A DNA stretch of 64,000 nucleotides from Oscillospiraceae bacterium. GTDB lineage: Bacteria; Bacillota; Clostridia; Oscillospirales; SIG627. How positions within the stretch are numbered: position 1 is the stretch's first letter; each line of letters opens with the position of its first letter. Below are positions 9,161 through 19,646 of the stretch, piece by piece. The DNA lies in the NCBI GenBank assembly GCA_034925865.1, contig JAYFRN010000005.1, positions 5,964-69,963 of the forward strand, written 5' to 3'. Made by a program: the position numbers and the translations under genes. The notes beneath the pieces are model-generated. The model did no database searches and had not been told where the DNA came from. It worked only from the letters and a program-made list of their open reading frames with translations.

Positions 9161-11149
9161 ATGAAAAAGAGCGGTTCTTCGCTGAACGGAACTCGCAGAT
9201 TGATATTGATATCTCTGCTTGTGCTTATCTGCTTTTCGCTTATATGCGCTTCAGTTGACATAAGACTTACTCTTATCGGAATGATATTTGCCGTTTTTGA
9301 GCTCACGGCATTTTTAATTTACAGCGGATTCGTCGCAAAAAGAAATGCGATCAATGAAGAAAATATATCGCTTCTTGGTAATATCACTCTTGATTTTTTG
9401 ATGCAGTTTACATTCCCGCTTGTCATTCTTGACGCAGAAGGCGGTATTGTCTGGTACAATCGGAGCTTTTCCGATAAAACAGGCACGAAAGCTGTGCTGT
9501 ACGGTCTCAATATAAACGAATTTCTTCCGGAAAAGCTCAACACAAAAAAGCTTTTTGACGAGGATTCGGACAGATGTGCCCGTGCTGTTCTTTCTGATGT
9601 GACATATGATATAACGTCATATTCGCTCGGTTCATATCAAAAGCTTTATTATCTGACTGTATGGCAGGACAAGACCGAGCTGATCGCACGCGAGGAAGAG
9701 CTTCGTGCGAAGAACCCTGTCATCAGCTATATCGCTGTCGATAACTACTCGGAAGCTTCCGGATACCATCAGAACGATTATCGCGCCGTCACCGCTAAAA
9801 TTTCGATCCTCCTGCAGCAGTGGGCATCCGGGCTTGACGGAATACTCGGCGAGGTCGAACGCGACAGATATATACTTATCATAGATGAAAGCCACCTTTC
9901 CGCGATTACCGATAAGAAATTCGACATCCTTGACGAAGTCCGCGATATATCGAAGGATAATGTCGATATACCGGTTACGGTTTCGATCGGCACTGCCTGT
10001 GTGGACGGGACATTTGCCGAAAAGGAAGCCGTTGCTCATACCGCGCTTGATCTTGCTCTTCAGCGCGGAGGTGATCAGGCGGTCGTCAAAACCAGAGGCG
10101 TGACAGAATTTTACGGAGGCAAGACGAAAACGGTTCAAAAACGAACCAAAATTCGCTCGCGTATAATTGCCGGAGAGCTTACCGGTCTTATGAAAAAAGC
10201 ATCAAACGTGCTGATTATGGGACACAGATACGCGGATCACGATTCAGTCGGAGCTTGCGTCGGCATAGCGAGGCTGGCGTTCGTCTGCTGCGATAAGATA
10301 AATATTATTGTAAATCTCAATGATTATAACCTGAAACCCATATTTCAAAAGCTTCGCGGCATTGACGAATATAAAACAATTTTTATTGATTCGTCCTCCG
10401 CGCAGGATCTGATCACTCCAGACACTCTGCTTGTGATTTTAGATGTGAACAACTGCGAGCATTTTGAATCCATTGAGCTTTATGAAAATACCGCCAATGT
10501 AGTGATCATCGATCACCACAGGAAAACCGGTGAATTCACAAATACGCCGAAAGTCACATATATAGAGCCGTCGGCGTCATCGGCAAGCGAACTTGTCGCG
10601 GAAATACTTGAACAGGCGATAGCTCCGGGCGGACTTTTGAAAGAAGAAGCGGAAATTCTGTTTTCGGGTATAATTCTTGATACAAAGCAGTTTACCCGCA
10701 ATACAGGCACGCGAACTTTCGCCGCCGCGTTGTATTTGAGAGGAGAAGGCGCTAATCCCGCCGAAGCTCAGATGCTTTCAAAAATCGACCTCAAGGAATT
10801 CATTAGAGAAATAAAATTCGAAAATAACGTTGTAATATACAGAAATATAATAGCGATATCCGTCTATGACGGAAAAGTCTTTGCGGCGGACAAAATCGCG
10901 GCCGCAAAGGCGGCGGACAGATTATTGAATGTGGACGGAGTTCTCGCTTCGTTCGTCCTTTGTGAAATAGAGGACGCGATACATATATCATCGCGTTCTT
11001 CCGGAAGCGTTAATGTACAGCTCATTCTTGAAAGACTTGATGGCGGAGGTCATTACGATGCCGCCGGAGCGCAATTGAAAAATATGCCGATGAAAACCGC
11101 GCTTTCAATGCTGAAGGAAGCGATAGACTATTATCTGAATCAGGGCTGA
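9161..11149 (+). CDS. gdpP: Cyclic-di-AMP phosphodiesterase GdpP (DHH/DHHA1 family)
   Basis: Two N-terminal TM helices, a PAS-like and degenerate GGDEF region, DHH motifs (GHRYADHD, IIDHHRK) and DHHA1 GGGH. AAAGGAGG lies 7 nt before ATG 9161. Confidence 0.85.
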   Translation: MKKSGSSLNGTRRLILISLLVLICFSLICASVDIRLTLIGMIFAVFELTAFLIYSGFVAKRNAINEENISLLGNITLDFLMQFTFPLVILDAEGGIVWYNRSFSDKTGTKAVLYGLNINEFLPEKLNTKKLFDEDSDRCARAVLSDVTYDITSYSLGSYQKLYYLTVWQDKTELIAREEELRAKNPVISYIAVDNYSEASGYHQNDYRAVTAKISILLQQWASGLDGILGEVERDRYILIIDESHLSAITDKKFDILDEVRDISKDNVDIPVTVSIGTACVDGTFAEKEAVAHTALDLALQRGGDQAVVKTRGVTEFYGGKTKTVQKRTKIRSRIIAGELTGLMKKASNVLIMGHRYADHDSVGACVGIARLAFVCCDKINIIVNLNDYNLKPIFQKLRGIDEYKTIFIDSSSAQDLITPDTLLVILDVNNCEHFESIELYENTANVVIIDHHRKTGEFTNTPKVTYIEPSASSASELVAEILEQAIAPGGLLKEEAEILFSGIILDTKQFTRNTGTRTFAAALYLRGEGANPAEAQMLSKIDLKEFIREIKFENNVVIYRNIIAISVYDGKVFAADKIAAAKAADRLLNVDGVLASFVLCEIEDAIHISSRSSGSVNVQLILERLDGGGHYDAAGAQLKNMPMKTALSMLKEAIDYYLNQG

Positions 11150-11213
11150 CCTGACGCTATTTGTAATTTATCGGGTAAAATACTAAACGAGAAAAAGCAA
11201 AAAGGGGATAAAT

Positions 11214-11660
11214 ATGAAAGTATTTTTAAAGGAAGATGTAAAATCGCTCGGAAAAAAGGGCGATATAGTAAATGTCTCAGACGGATACGCGAGAAATTTT
11301 CTTTTTCCGCGCGGAATAGCCGCCATAGCGGATGCCAAAGCGGAAAACGAACATAAGGCCAAAGCGGAAAGCGAGAAATTCCGTCTTGCCGCAGAGCTTG
11401 ACGAAGCAAAGGGAACCGCGAAAAAGCTTGAAAGTCTCACTGTTAAGCTGGTTGCCTCAGCCGGCGCGGACGGAAAGCTTTACGGAAGCATAACAAACTC
11501 AAAGGTTTCGGAGGCACTCGCGCAACAGTACGGCATATATATTGAACGTAGAAAAATAGCTGTAGACGAACCGATCAAAGCATACGGAGCGTACAAGCTT
11601 GAGGTAAAGCTGTATCCCGGTGTTGGCGCGTCGCTTAACATATTGGTAACTGATAAATAA
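11214..11660 (+). CDS. rplI: 50S ribosomal protein L9
   Basis: 148 aa. [32 protein letters not shown] is a canonical L9 N-terminus. Confidence 0.95.
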   Translation: MKVFLKEDVKSLGKKGDIVNVSDGYARNFLFPRGIAAIADAKAENEHKAKAESEKFRLAAELDEAKGTAKKLESLTVKLVASAGADGKLYGSITNSKVSEALAQQYGIYIERRKIAVDEPIKAYGAYKLEVKLYPGVGASLNILVTDK

Positions 11661-11677
11661 AACCGGAGATAAATAAA

Positions 11678-13051
11678 GTGGATCGAAAAACAGCTGTTTC
11701 CGCCTCCGACCTTACAGTAAGACAGCTGCCTTATTCGCCGGAGGCCGAGCAGGCGGTGTTAGGTGCGCTGATTCTCGACGGAACAAAAATCAACGAAATC
11801 GCCGGTAAAATTTCTCCGGAAGATTTTTATATTGATAAACATGTCGGCATATACGAGGCTGTCACGGAACTGTTTGTACAGTCGCGTACAATCGATGCCG
11901 TCACGCTTGTGGATCTTCTTGTGAAGCGCGGGTTATATAACGAAGCCGGAGCGAGCAGCTATATTCACCGGCTTGCTGAGACTGTTCCGAGCATCGCAAA
12001 TATCGGCGATTATGTGAGAATCGTCAGAGATAAGGCGATGCTACGCAGATTGATCGGAATCTGCTCCGAAATTGAGGAAAGCGCTTATGAGCAGTCCGAG
12101 GACGCAAGAGCAATAGTCGATTGCGCCGAAGCCAAAATATTTGAGCTCTCACAGGGAAACATAACTCAGGATTTCGCGCATGTCCGCGACATAATAATGC
12201 AGTTCATGGCGAATCTGAATTTTACGCGCACAAACAAGGAGGAAGCTAAGGGACTGCCGACATATTTCGGCGGTATCGACAACTTTCTCGTCGGAATGGG
12301 CAAGGGCGATCTCGTAGTTGTCGGCGCGCGCCCAGGAATGGGCAAAACGAGCTTTGCCATGAATATCGCGACCTCCGCCGCAAAGCACGGAAAGGTTGCC
12401 GCTGTTTTTTCTCTCGAAATGTCAAAAATCCAGCTTGTTTCGAGAATGCTTTCTTCGGAAGCAAGGATTGACAGCTATAATTTACGCACAGGCGAATTGA
12501 ACGCGGACGAGTTTGCCCGTCTTGCCGCCGCTTCAACTATGCTTTCGGGCGCCGAAATATACATAGACGATACGTCTGACATTACGGTTTCTCAGATGAA
12601 AGCTAAGCTTAGAAGACTAAAAAATCTCAGCTTTGTCGTAATAGATTATCTTCAATTGATGAGTTCGGATAAAAGAATAGATAACAGAACTCTGGAAATC
12701 GGAGATATATCGAGAAACCTTAAAATAATGGCCAAGGAATTTGGCGTTCCGGTCATGCTGCTCAGTCAGCTCTCAAGAAATCCGGAGGGACGCCCGGATA
12801 AAAAGCCTCAGCTTTCCGACATGAGAGATTCCGGAGCTATCGAACAGGATGCCGATATCGTCATGTTTTTATACCGTGACGAGTATTATAAAGAAAATAC
12901 CGATATGAAAAACCAGGCGAGCTGTATGATCGCAAAAAACCGTCACGGCGGAACCGGAGCGGTCACGCTCGGATGGGAAGGAAAATATACGCGGTTTTGT
13001 ACAATTGAGCAGAATTTTCAGGAACCTCACGAGGGCTCCGGAGACGCGTAA
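11678..13051 (+). CDS. dnaB: Replicative DNA helicase
   Basis: 457 aa. Contains the DnaB N-terminal domain (PYSPEAEQAVLGALI) and Walker A GARPGMGKTSFA. Confidence 0.95.
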   Translation: MDRKTAVSASDLTVRQLPYSPEAEQAVLGALILDGTKINEIAGKISPEDFYIDKHVGIYEAVTELFVQSRTIDAVTLVDLLVKRGLYNEAGASSYIHRLAETVPSIANIGDYVRIVRDKAMLRRLIGICSEIEESAYEQSEDARAIVDCAEAKIFELSQGNITQDFAHVRDIIMQFMANLNFTRTNKEEAKGLPTYFGGIDNFLVGMGKGDLVVVGARPGMGKTSFAMNIATSAAKHGKVAAVFSLEMSKIQLVSRMLSSEARIDSYNLRTGELNADEFARLAAASTMLSGAEIYIDDTSDITVSQMKAKLRRLKNLSFVVIDYLQLMSSDKRIDNRTLEIGDISRNLKIMAKEFGVPVMLLSQLSRNPEGRPDKKPQLSDMRDSGAIEQDADIVMFLYRDEYYKENTDMKNQASCMIAKNRHGGTGAVTLGWEGKYTRFCTIEQNFQEPHEGSGDA

Positions 13052-13078
13052 GCTGCTGTTGTACCGCTTGATAATCAA

Positions 13079-14461
13079 ATGGACATTAAAAAGATTATAT
13101 CAAAAATCGACGGAGCGGTCGAAGAATATTCGATGCTTGCGGGCTGCCGCGGCGTACTGGTCGGGCTGTCCGGAGGCAAGGACTCCGTATGCCTTTTACA
13201 TTATCTTGCTTCGCAATTCAGTTCGGGGAGCTGTGAAATTAACGTATACGCATGTCACCTGAATCACATGATCCGCGGCGCGGAGGCTGACGCAGACGAA
13301 AATTTCTGCCGTGATCTCTGCCGTTCGCTCGGTGTTGATTTCATTTCTGAAAAGCGCGATATCCCCGTGATTGCCGAAAAAACCAAAAAATCCATAGAAG
13401 AAGCGGCGAGAGATGCGCGATATGATCTTTTTGACCGAGCGGCGGGTATATCTGGCTGTGACAGGATTGCCACGGCGCACACGGCGAGTGATAATGCCGA
13501 AACCATAATATTTCGGATTGCCCGCGGAACGTCTGTTTCTGGTCTGTGCGGTATCCCGCCTGTCAGAGACAATATTATCCGTCCGTTAATAGATTTAAAT
13601 TCTGATGAAGTAATCGCGTATTGTAATTATTTCGGTCTCGAATTCCGCACAGACAGCACAAATGCGGATATATCGTATCCGCGCAATCTGATCCGTGCGG
13701 AGATAATTCCGCAGCTTGAAAGAATAAATCCTTCATTTGCAAATGCCGCACGCAGGCTTTCGCGGTCAGCTTCTGAACAAAGGAAATATATTATATCGCA
13801 GGCGGACAAATATAATAACGAATGCAGTAAGAACCGCATACCAATAGAGCTCGCGCAGAGGCTGAATGCGGGAACGGAAAAATGCATACTGTATGAGCTG
13901 ATCGTCCGCGCGATCGCCGGGGAAACATCGGTGCCGGTCACGACTGAACGTTTTGATGCGCTTTCAGCGTTAATCGCAGAGCCGAAGCCCGATAAGGTTA
14001 TAGAAATTACAAACGGGTTAAGCGCATATCCGGATGCTGACATGAGATATCTCGAATTCGGGACGCCTCCTGACAATATAAATTATACGGTTATGCTTTG
14101 CGAAGGAGTAAATCGCATCAAAGAAACAGGCGTTGTTATTGAAATTGAACGGTGCGGCGGGTATTCTGATTTTAAAAATATTAACAAAATGCACAAGATT
14201 ATATATGTCAATTCTGATATGATAAAAAGCGGTTTAACCGCACGAAGCCGTGCCGAAGGTGATTGTTACATCGCTGGCGGAATGACCCGTAAGGTAAAAA
14301 AAATCATTTCCGGTTCGGATTTTACGCGCTCTGAAAGACAAAAAACACCAGTTATATGCGATGAACAAGGTATAATCTGGATTCCGGGCGGTCCTCTTTG
14401 CGATCGTCTGCGCCCACAAAAAAACTGCGGATTAACAAAGATCATTTTTAATTATCAATAA
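13079..14461 (+). CDS. tilS: tRNA(Ile)-lysidine synthetase
   Basis: 460 aa. Has the PP-loop SGGKDS and sits in the conserved tilS-hpt-ftsH order. Confidence 0.9.
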   Translation: MDIKKIISKIDGAVEEYSMLAGCRGVLVGLSGGKDSVCLLHYLASQFSSGSCEINVYACHLNHMIRGAEADADENFCRDLCRSLGVDFISEKRDIPVIAEKTKKSIEEAARDARYDLFDRAAGISGCDRIATAHTASDNAETIIFRIARGTSVSGLCGIPPVRDNIIRPLIDLNSDEVIAYCNYFGLEFRTDSTNADISYPRNLIRAEIIPQLERINPSFANAARRLSRSASEQRKYIISQADKYNNECSKNRIPIELAQRLNAGTEKCILYELIVRAIAGETSVPVTTERFDALSALIAEPKPDKVIEITNGLSAYPDADMRYLEFGTPPDNINYTVMLCEGVNRIKETGVVIEIERCGGYSDFKNINKMHKIIYVNSDMIKSGLTARSRAEGDCYIAGGMTRKVKKIISGSDFTRSERQKTPVICDEQGIIWIPGGPLCDRLRPQKNCGLTKIIFNYQ

Positions 14462-14474
14462 ATCGGAGAAAACT

Positions 14475-15068
14475 ATGAGCATTGAAAAAGCCATTCCGGT
14501 ATTCGGTGCGCTTACTGACGATATTGATCACGTTCTCCTTACCGCGGAAGAGCTAGATACTATCGTAAAACGCGTCGGATGCGAAATCACGAACAAATTT
14601 TCCGTTGAAACAGGAAATACCGGCAGAAAGCTGTTGGCTGTCTGCATCCTGAAAGGCTCTCTCGTCTTTGTCGCCGATCTGATCCGTGAAATCAAATTAC
14701 CGCTGGAGGTATCGTTTTTACGTGCTACCTCATACGGAAGCGGCACTGTATCCTCGGGAGTGGTTGAAATCAGCCTTGCAATCGACGAAAAGGATTTAAT
14801 CGGAGCCGATGTCCTTGTCGTCGAGGATATTCTCGACAGCGGACACACACTGTCTAATATTTTAAAGTATCTTGCGGGTAAAGGCGCTCACAGCGTTTCA
14901 TTGTGTGTGCTTCTCAACAAACCGTCACGGCGCAAAACAGAAGTCACCATAGATTATGAAGGAAAACAGATACCTGACGAGTTTGTCGTAGGATACGGAC
15001 TTGATTATAATGAAAAATATAGGAATTTACCGTATATCGGAGTTCTGAAAAAAGAATTGTATTCCTGA
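14475..15068 (+). CDS. hpt: Hypoxanthine phosphoribosyltransferase
   Basis: 197 aa. Has the PRPP-binding motif VLVVEDILDSGHT. Confidence 0.9.
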   Translation: MSIEKAIPVFGALTDDIDHVLLTAEELDTIVKRVGCEITNKFSVETGNTGRKLLAVCILKGSLVFVADLIREIKLPLEVSFLRATSYGSGTVSSGVVEISLAIDEKDLIGADVLVVEDILDSGHTLSNILKYLAGKGAHSVSLCVLLNKPSRRKTEVTIDYEGKQIPDEFVVGYGLDYNEKYRNLPYIGVLKKELYS

Positions 15069-15118
15069 AATAAATCGATTTAACGAAAAGCAGACCAAAC
15101 AGCAAGGAGAACTTTTTA

Positions 15119-17140
15119 ATGAAGAGTAATTTTAAGGTTATTTTATTCTATGTTGTTATGATTGCGGTCGTTTTGATGCTTGTCAATTTCCTTGTCGGAG
15201 GGACGGAAACTCAAAAGCCCGTATACAGCGATATAGTTAAGTTATTTGAAAACGAACAGGTCAAGGAATTTAATATTGATATCAACAACAATATTACAAT
15301 ATTGACTCAGGACGGGAAAACGGTTTCTTTCCGCCTGAGAGATCTATACCTATTCGAAGAACATGTCGGAGATCTGATCAAGGATCAATACAAACGCGGC
15401 ATCATTACGAAATATAACTATGAAGAGCCGATCACTTATGCATGGTGGATCAGCCTTATTCCGTATGCGGTGGTCATTATAGGATTTATACTCCTGTATG
15501 TATACATGTTCAATCAGGCGGGCGGCAAGGGCGGAAAAATTTCATCCTTCGGTCGGGCTCATACAAAGCTCGGAAGCGATGAAAAGAAAAAGACGCTGTT
15601 CAGCGATGTCGCCGGAGCGGATGAAGAAAAGGAAGAGCTCTGGGAAATTGTCGATTTTCTGAAAAATCCGGCCAAATATCAGGAACTAGGTGCGAGAATC
15701 CCGCATGGTGTGCTGCTTGTCGGCCCTCCCGGCACAGGTAAAACACTGCTTGCAAAGGCTGTCTCAGGAGAGGCTCAGGTGCCGTTCTATTCGATATCCG
15801 GCTCTGATTTTGTCGAGATGTATGTCGGTGTGGGTGCTTCGCGTGTCAGAGATCTTTTCGAAACAGCGAAAAAGAATTCTCCGAGCATTGTTTTCATCGA
15901 TGAAATTGATGCGGTTGGACGTCACAGAGGCGCAGGACTTGGCGGCGGACACGATGAGCGCGAACAAACTCTGAACCAGCTGCTTGTTGAAATGGACGGC
16001 TTTGGCAGCAATGACGGTGTCATCATTATTGCGGCCACCAACCGCCCAGATATTCTCGACCCAGCGCTTTTGCGTCCCGGCCGTTTTGACCGCCAGATAA
16101 CAGTTAATTATCCGGATATCAAAGGCAGAGAAGATATTCTAAAGGTTCACGCAAAAGGCAAGCCGCTTGAGAAAGACATCAATCTCGCGAACCTCGCGAA
16201 GACTACAGCAGGCTTTACCGGCGCTGATCTTGCTAATGTATTAAACGAAGCGGCTCTTCTTGCCGCTCGCAAAAATAAGAAGCTTATCGGAAATGCGGAT
16301 CTTGAAGAGGCGACTCTGAAGGTTATCGTCGGCACTCCTAAAAAGAGCAAGGTCGTAACGGAAAAGGATAAACGTCTGACCGCATATCACGAGGCCGGAC
16401 ATGCCATTGTCACAAAGCTGCTCAAGACGCAGGATCCTGTTCACCGTATATCTATTACGCCAAGCGGACGCGCCGGAGGCTATACGCTTTCATTGCCGTC
16501 TCATGACAAGCAATACATGTCAAAGACCGAAATGGATGAAGAAATCGTCACGCTGCTCGGCGGGCGTGTTGCCGAAAAGCTGGTGCTTAACGACATATCC
16601 ACCGGAGCATCAAACGATATCGAACGCGCGACACAGCTTGCACGCAGCATGGTGACACAATACGGTATGAGCGAATCTCTCGGACCCATTGTCTACGGCT
16701 CCGGTCATTCTGAAATATTCCTCGGACGTGATTTCAACAACACACGGAATTATTCGGAAAAGATTGCCGCAATGATTGACGATGAAGTTATGAATGTCAT
16801 AGACGGCGCGTACAACAAAGCTCGTTCAATTCTCGAAGATAATATAAAGAAGCTCCACTTTATAGCCGAATTTTTAATTAAAAATGAGGCAATGGACGGA
16901 GAGCAGTTCGAAATGGCCATGACCACGGACGCAACGAACGAAGAAATCGAAGCTGTCAGTGAAAAAAAAGCCAGAACAAGCCGCGACGAAAATGATAAAA
17001 AACGCAATGAGGATGAGCAAAAGCGAAAAGAACTGGCCGAAAAGCTTGCAAAAGATATAGCAAGGCCCTCTGCTCAGAATTATAACGAAAACAGAAGTAA
17101 TGATCCGGCGGAATCCGGAGAAAATAAAGACAATAAATAA
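15119..17140 (+). CDS. ftsH: ATP-dependent zinc metalloprotease FtsH
   Basis: 673 aa. Has an N-terminal TM, AAA Walker A GPPGTGKT and the zinc motif HEAGHA. Confidence 0.95.
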   Translation: MKSNFKVILFYVVMIAVVLMLVNFLVGGTETQKPVYSDIVKLFENEQVKEFNIDINNNITILTQDGKTVSFRLRDLYLFEEHVGDLIKDQYKRGIITKYNYEEPITYAWWISLIPYAVVIIGFILLYVYMFNQAGGKGGKISSFGRAHTKLGSDEKKKTLFSDVAGADEEKEELWEIVDFLKNPAKYQELGARIPHGVLLVGPPGTGKTLLAKAVSGEAQVPFYSISGSDFVEMYVGVGASRVRDLFETAKKNSPSIVFIDEIDAVGRHRGAGLGGGHDEREQTLNQLLVEMDGFGSNDGVIIIAATNRPDILDPALLRPGRFDRQITVNYPDIKGREDILKVHAKGKPLEKDINLANLAKTTAGFTGADLANVLNEAALLAARKNKKLIGNADLEEATLKVIVGTPKKSKVVTEKDKRLTAYHEAGHAIVTKLLKTQDPVHRISITPSGRAGGYTLSLPSHDKQYMSKTEMDEEIVTLLGGRVAEKLVLNDISTGASNDIERATQLARSMVTQYGMSESLGPIVYGSGHSEIFLGRDFNNTRNYSEKIAAMIDDEVMNVIDGAYNKARSILEDNIKKLHFIAEFLIKNEAMDGEQFEMAMTTDATNEEIEAVSEKKARTSRDENDKKRNEDEQKRKELAEKLAKDIARPSAQNYNENRSNDPAESGENKDNK

Positions 17141-17146
17141 AAATAC

Positions 17147-17179
17147 CGCCGCAGGCTGATCTCAGCTTGCGGCGTTTTG
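17147..17179 (+). terminator. Intrinsic terminator after ftsH
   Basis: GC-rich hairpin CGCCGCAGGCTGA / TCAGCTTGCGGCG followed by TTTT. Confidence 0.6.
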
Positions 17180-17195
17180 ACAGAAAGGGAAATAC

Positions 17196-18059
17196 ATGGA
17201 GATAATATACATTGGCACGGCGGCTTCGGAGGGCATACCGGCATTGTTCTGCAAATGCCCGACATGCGTTGAAGCGCGCAAAACGATGGGAAGGGAATTC
17301 AGGGGAAGAGCCGGAGTATGTATAAATAAAAATCTATTGATAGATGCTCCGCCGGATATTTATCACGGCTGTGTCGCGGCGGGTATTGATCTTTCCGAGA
17401 TCAAGGATATTGTCGTTACGCATGCACATGAGGATCATTTTGATGCGTATGAGCTTTCCACACGCCGCACCCCTGTTTATTGTTTCAGACCGGACGAAGA
17501 AAAGATGAGGGTTTGGGGCAATATGCGTTGCGGAAAGCTTTTGGATCAGTATGTGCCAGGTTCCGCCAAGGGTCACGGCGATTCCACGCCGGGTTTATGC
17601 TTTACATATTCGCCGATGTATGAGCCTGTCAAAACCGCGTCGGGCGTAACGGCGTATCCGCTTCCCGCCGATCATGATTATGAGGAGGAATGTAGGATAT
17701 TCCTTCTGGAGGAGGACGCCACAGGAAAAAGATTCCTTTACGGTCACGATACGGGTCTTTTTCCTGATGAAACGATGAAATTTCTAAAAGGGAAATTATG
17801 CGACGTCATTTCGCTCGACTGTACATATGTATATCTGAAGCATGACAGTGGGCACATGGGACTTGAAGGCGATGTAAAAATGAGAAAACGCCTGACAGAG
17901 ATAGGCGCGGCGAATGATAAGACACGCTTTATATGTCACCATTTTTCACATAACGGCTTTGTCGACAACGGCGCGAGAAAAACACAAACGGAGTTTATTT
18001 CAGACGCGGAGAAAATGGGCTTTATCGTCGCCTTTGACGGAATGCGGATAAAAATTTAA
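17196..18059 (+). CDS. MBL-fold metallo-hydrolase
   Basis: 287 aa with the HxHxDH motif (THAHEDHF). Confidence 0.7.
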   Translation: MEIIYIGTAASEGIPALFCKCPTCVEARKTMGREFRGRAGVCINKNLLIDAPPDIYHGCVAAGIDLSEIKDIVVTHAHEDHFDAYELSTRRTPVYCFRPDEEKMRVWGNMRCGKLLDQYVPGSAKGHGDSTPGLCFTYSPMYEPVKTASGVTAYPLPADHDYEEECRIFLLEEDATGKRFLYGHDTGLFPDETMKFLKGKLCDVISLDCTYVYLKHDSGHMGLEGDVKMRKRLTEIGAANDKTRFICHHFSHNGFVDNGARKTQTEFISDAEKMGFIVAFDGMRIKI

Positions 18060-18177
18060 TACTTAAATAAATTACCATTTGGTATTGAAAAAATAATCCA
18101 ACTATGGTATATTTATGTATAATGTATTATCGTTATTAATGTGATAATTTATTATTTAGACATCGGTGGAGGATAAT

Positions 18178-18576
18178 ATGAACATAAATGTAAGATTGGC
18201 AGATAATCATGACATAGAATCATTGATTAAGGCGAGATTCAGTTATTTTGAAGCTGAAAAGTGGGAAGTAACTACAAAACAACAATCGGAAATTGAAAAC
18301 CAATTACGGCAATACTTTTTAAAGCATCTATGCGTTGACTTTTTCGCCAGTATTGTGGAAGATGACAGTATATTAGCTTCAGTAGCATTTTTGGCTATTT
18401 CAGAAATTCCCGCTAATTTAAGCACTCCCACCGGGAAAATCGGTACAGTATTAAATGTCCTTACCTACCCGGAATATCGGAGTCCTGATATTTCTGACAA
18501 AATCCATTACTTTGACCCTTATGTTTGCGTTGCTTTATATGCTTCTGGTAATGGTGACGCCAATACCGAAAGCTAA
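18178..18576 (+). CDS. GNAT-family N-acetyltransferase, apparently C-terminally truncated
   Basis: The N-terminal two thirds look GNAT-like up to VLNVLTYPEYR. The expected R-x-x-G-x-G/A motif and C-terminal strands are missing. GGAGG lies 5 nt before ATG 18178. Confidence 0.4.
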   Translation: MNINVRLADNHDIESLIKARFSYFEAEKWEVTTKQQSEIENQLRQYFLKHLCVDFFASIVEDDSILASVAFLAISEIPANLSTPTGKIGTVLNVLTYPEYRSPDISDKIHYFDPYVCVALYASGNGDANTES

Positions 18577-18741
18577 CTTTATTCTGTATTTAGATAATGA
18601 TATGATTACAACAGCAATGGCCCTTCGTATTTGTCTTCCGCAGTTATTATCAGGGATTATTTTATCCACCATCGGCGTTGTTCTGAACACAAAAGCGCTG
18701 AAGTATCGGTAATTCTTTAAAAACGGAGTTCCATTAATTGA

Positions 18742-18787
18742 AAATTTGCCCGGAGCCTTCAAAACGAAAAGCTCCGGGCAAATTTTT
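18742..18787. terminator. Bidirectional intrinsic terminator
   Basis: AAATTTGCCCGGAGC / GCTCCGGGCAAATTT hairpin flanked by an A-run and a T-run. It abuts the stop codon of the minus-strand gene. Confidence 0.6.
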
Positions 18788-19374
18788 TATATTCCGGTAA
18801 GAAGCAATATCTGTCCGATAGGATAAAACCACCAAATCAACTGATCTTTATTGTTTATATGCCGTCCGCCGACAAAGTCGACAGCGATAAAAACATCGGA
18901 TATCAGGAATGAAATCGCGCCGATACCGGAAAGCCACAGCCATCCGCCCGACGCGGCTGAGCAGGACAATACCGACGTACAGTCAAAGCATATAAAGGCA
19001 AGATATACAACACATAGGATTAGTAATTGTATGTTGCTTCCGCTGGAATTTGTTTTGTTCAGCCAAAATAAAAAGGTAACCAAGATAATAAAAATAAAAG
19101 TTCCCAATACGGTTCCGTAATTAAAGAACATTGTTCCTGACATTCTTTGACGGATTATAAAGGCCGCGCTGTAAAGGCAATGGGCAATAATAAAACTCAT
19201 TGTCCCCGCTTCAAATGAATGCTTTTTTAAAAAAGCTGTCATTATCGGTTCCCATTTGGCCAGAAGTATATCTCCTCCGGATGAAAACAACATACCGAGG
19301 AAACAGAAAAGTCTATATGGGGAAGGGAAAATAACAAATATTATTAAAGAATATGTCAAGATAATCGCCGTCAA
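18787..19374 (-). CDS. YhhN-family (lysoplasmalogenase-like) membrane protein
   Basis: 195-aa polytopic ORF with GGDILLA and ISDVFIA motifs, as in the YhhN family. Confidence 0.5.
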   Translation of the reverse strand: MTAIILTYSLIIFVIFPSPYRLFCFLGMLFSSGGDILLAKWEPIMTAFLKKHSFEAGTMSFIIAHCLYSAAFIIRQRMSGTMFFNYGTVLGTFIFIILVTFLFWLNKTNSSGSNIQLLILCVVYLAFICFDCTSVLSCSAASGGWLWLSGIGAISFLISDVFIAVDFVGGRHINNKDQLIWWFYPIGQILLLTGI

Positions 19375-19483
19375 TACGACACTTCCGCTTATTCTTTTTG
19401 TTTGAAAGAACCGATCCGCTTTTCATCGCCTCTCTTTTTGCATCAATATATCCGTTGAAGAGTCAAATATGAATTCGCGAATA

Positions 19484-19594
19484 TATTAACTCGGCATTTA
19501 ATTAAATAATTACCGCATTAAGTGAGAAAAGACTCTGGTATATAGGCTTTTCTCTTTTATAAAGCAATGGTTATTTAATCGTCATTTTAATAAT
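19484..19594 (+). repeat. Nested-palindrome intergenic element, copy A
   Basis: TATTAACTCGGCATTTAA ... GAGAAAAG-N15-CTTTTCTC ... TTTTAATAAT. The right arm is partly degenerate. Confidence 0.65.
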
Positions 19595-19646
19595 ACTATA
19601 AAATGTAAGCTGTGTCAATGCTGAGCATTGAAGCAGCATTTGCCTC

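Noticed and set aside
9632-10138. Antisense ORFs within gdpP, tilS, hpt, ftsH, the csp genes and others (for example 168 aa at 9632-10138 and 149 aa at 13627-14076).
   Set aside because: They are shadows of well-supported genes on the opposite strand, with no independent start signals or family resemblance.
19310-19426. An ATG-initiated 38-codon frame upstream of, and out of frame with, the YhhN-family gene, suggesting a possible frameshift.
   Set aside because: The extra segment is hydrophilic and would not restore a missing TM helix. SD spacing is poor. The evidence for a frameshift is insufficient.
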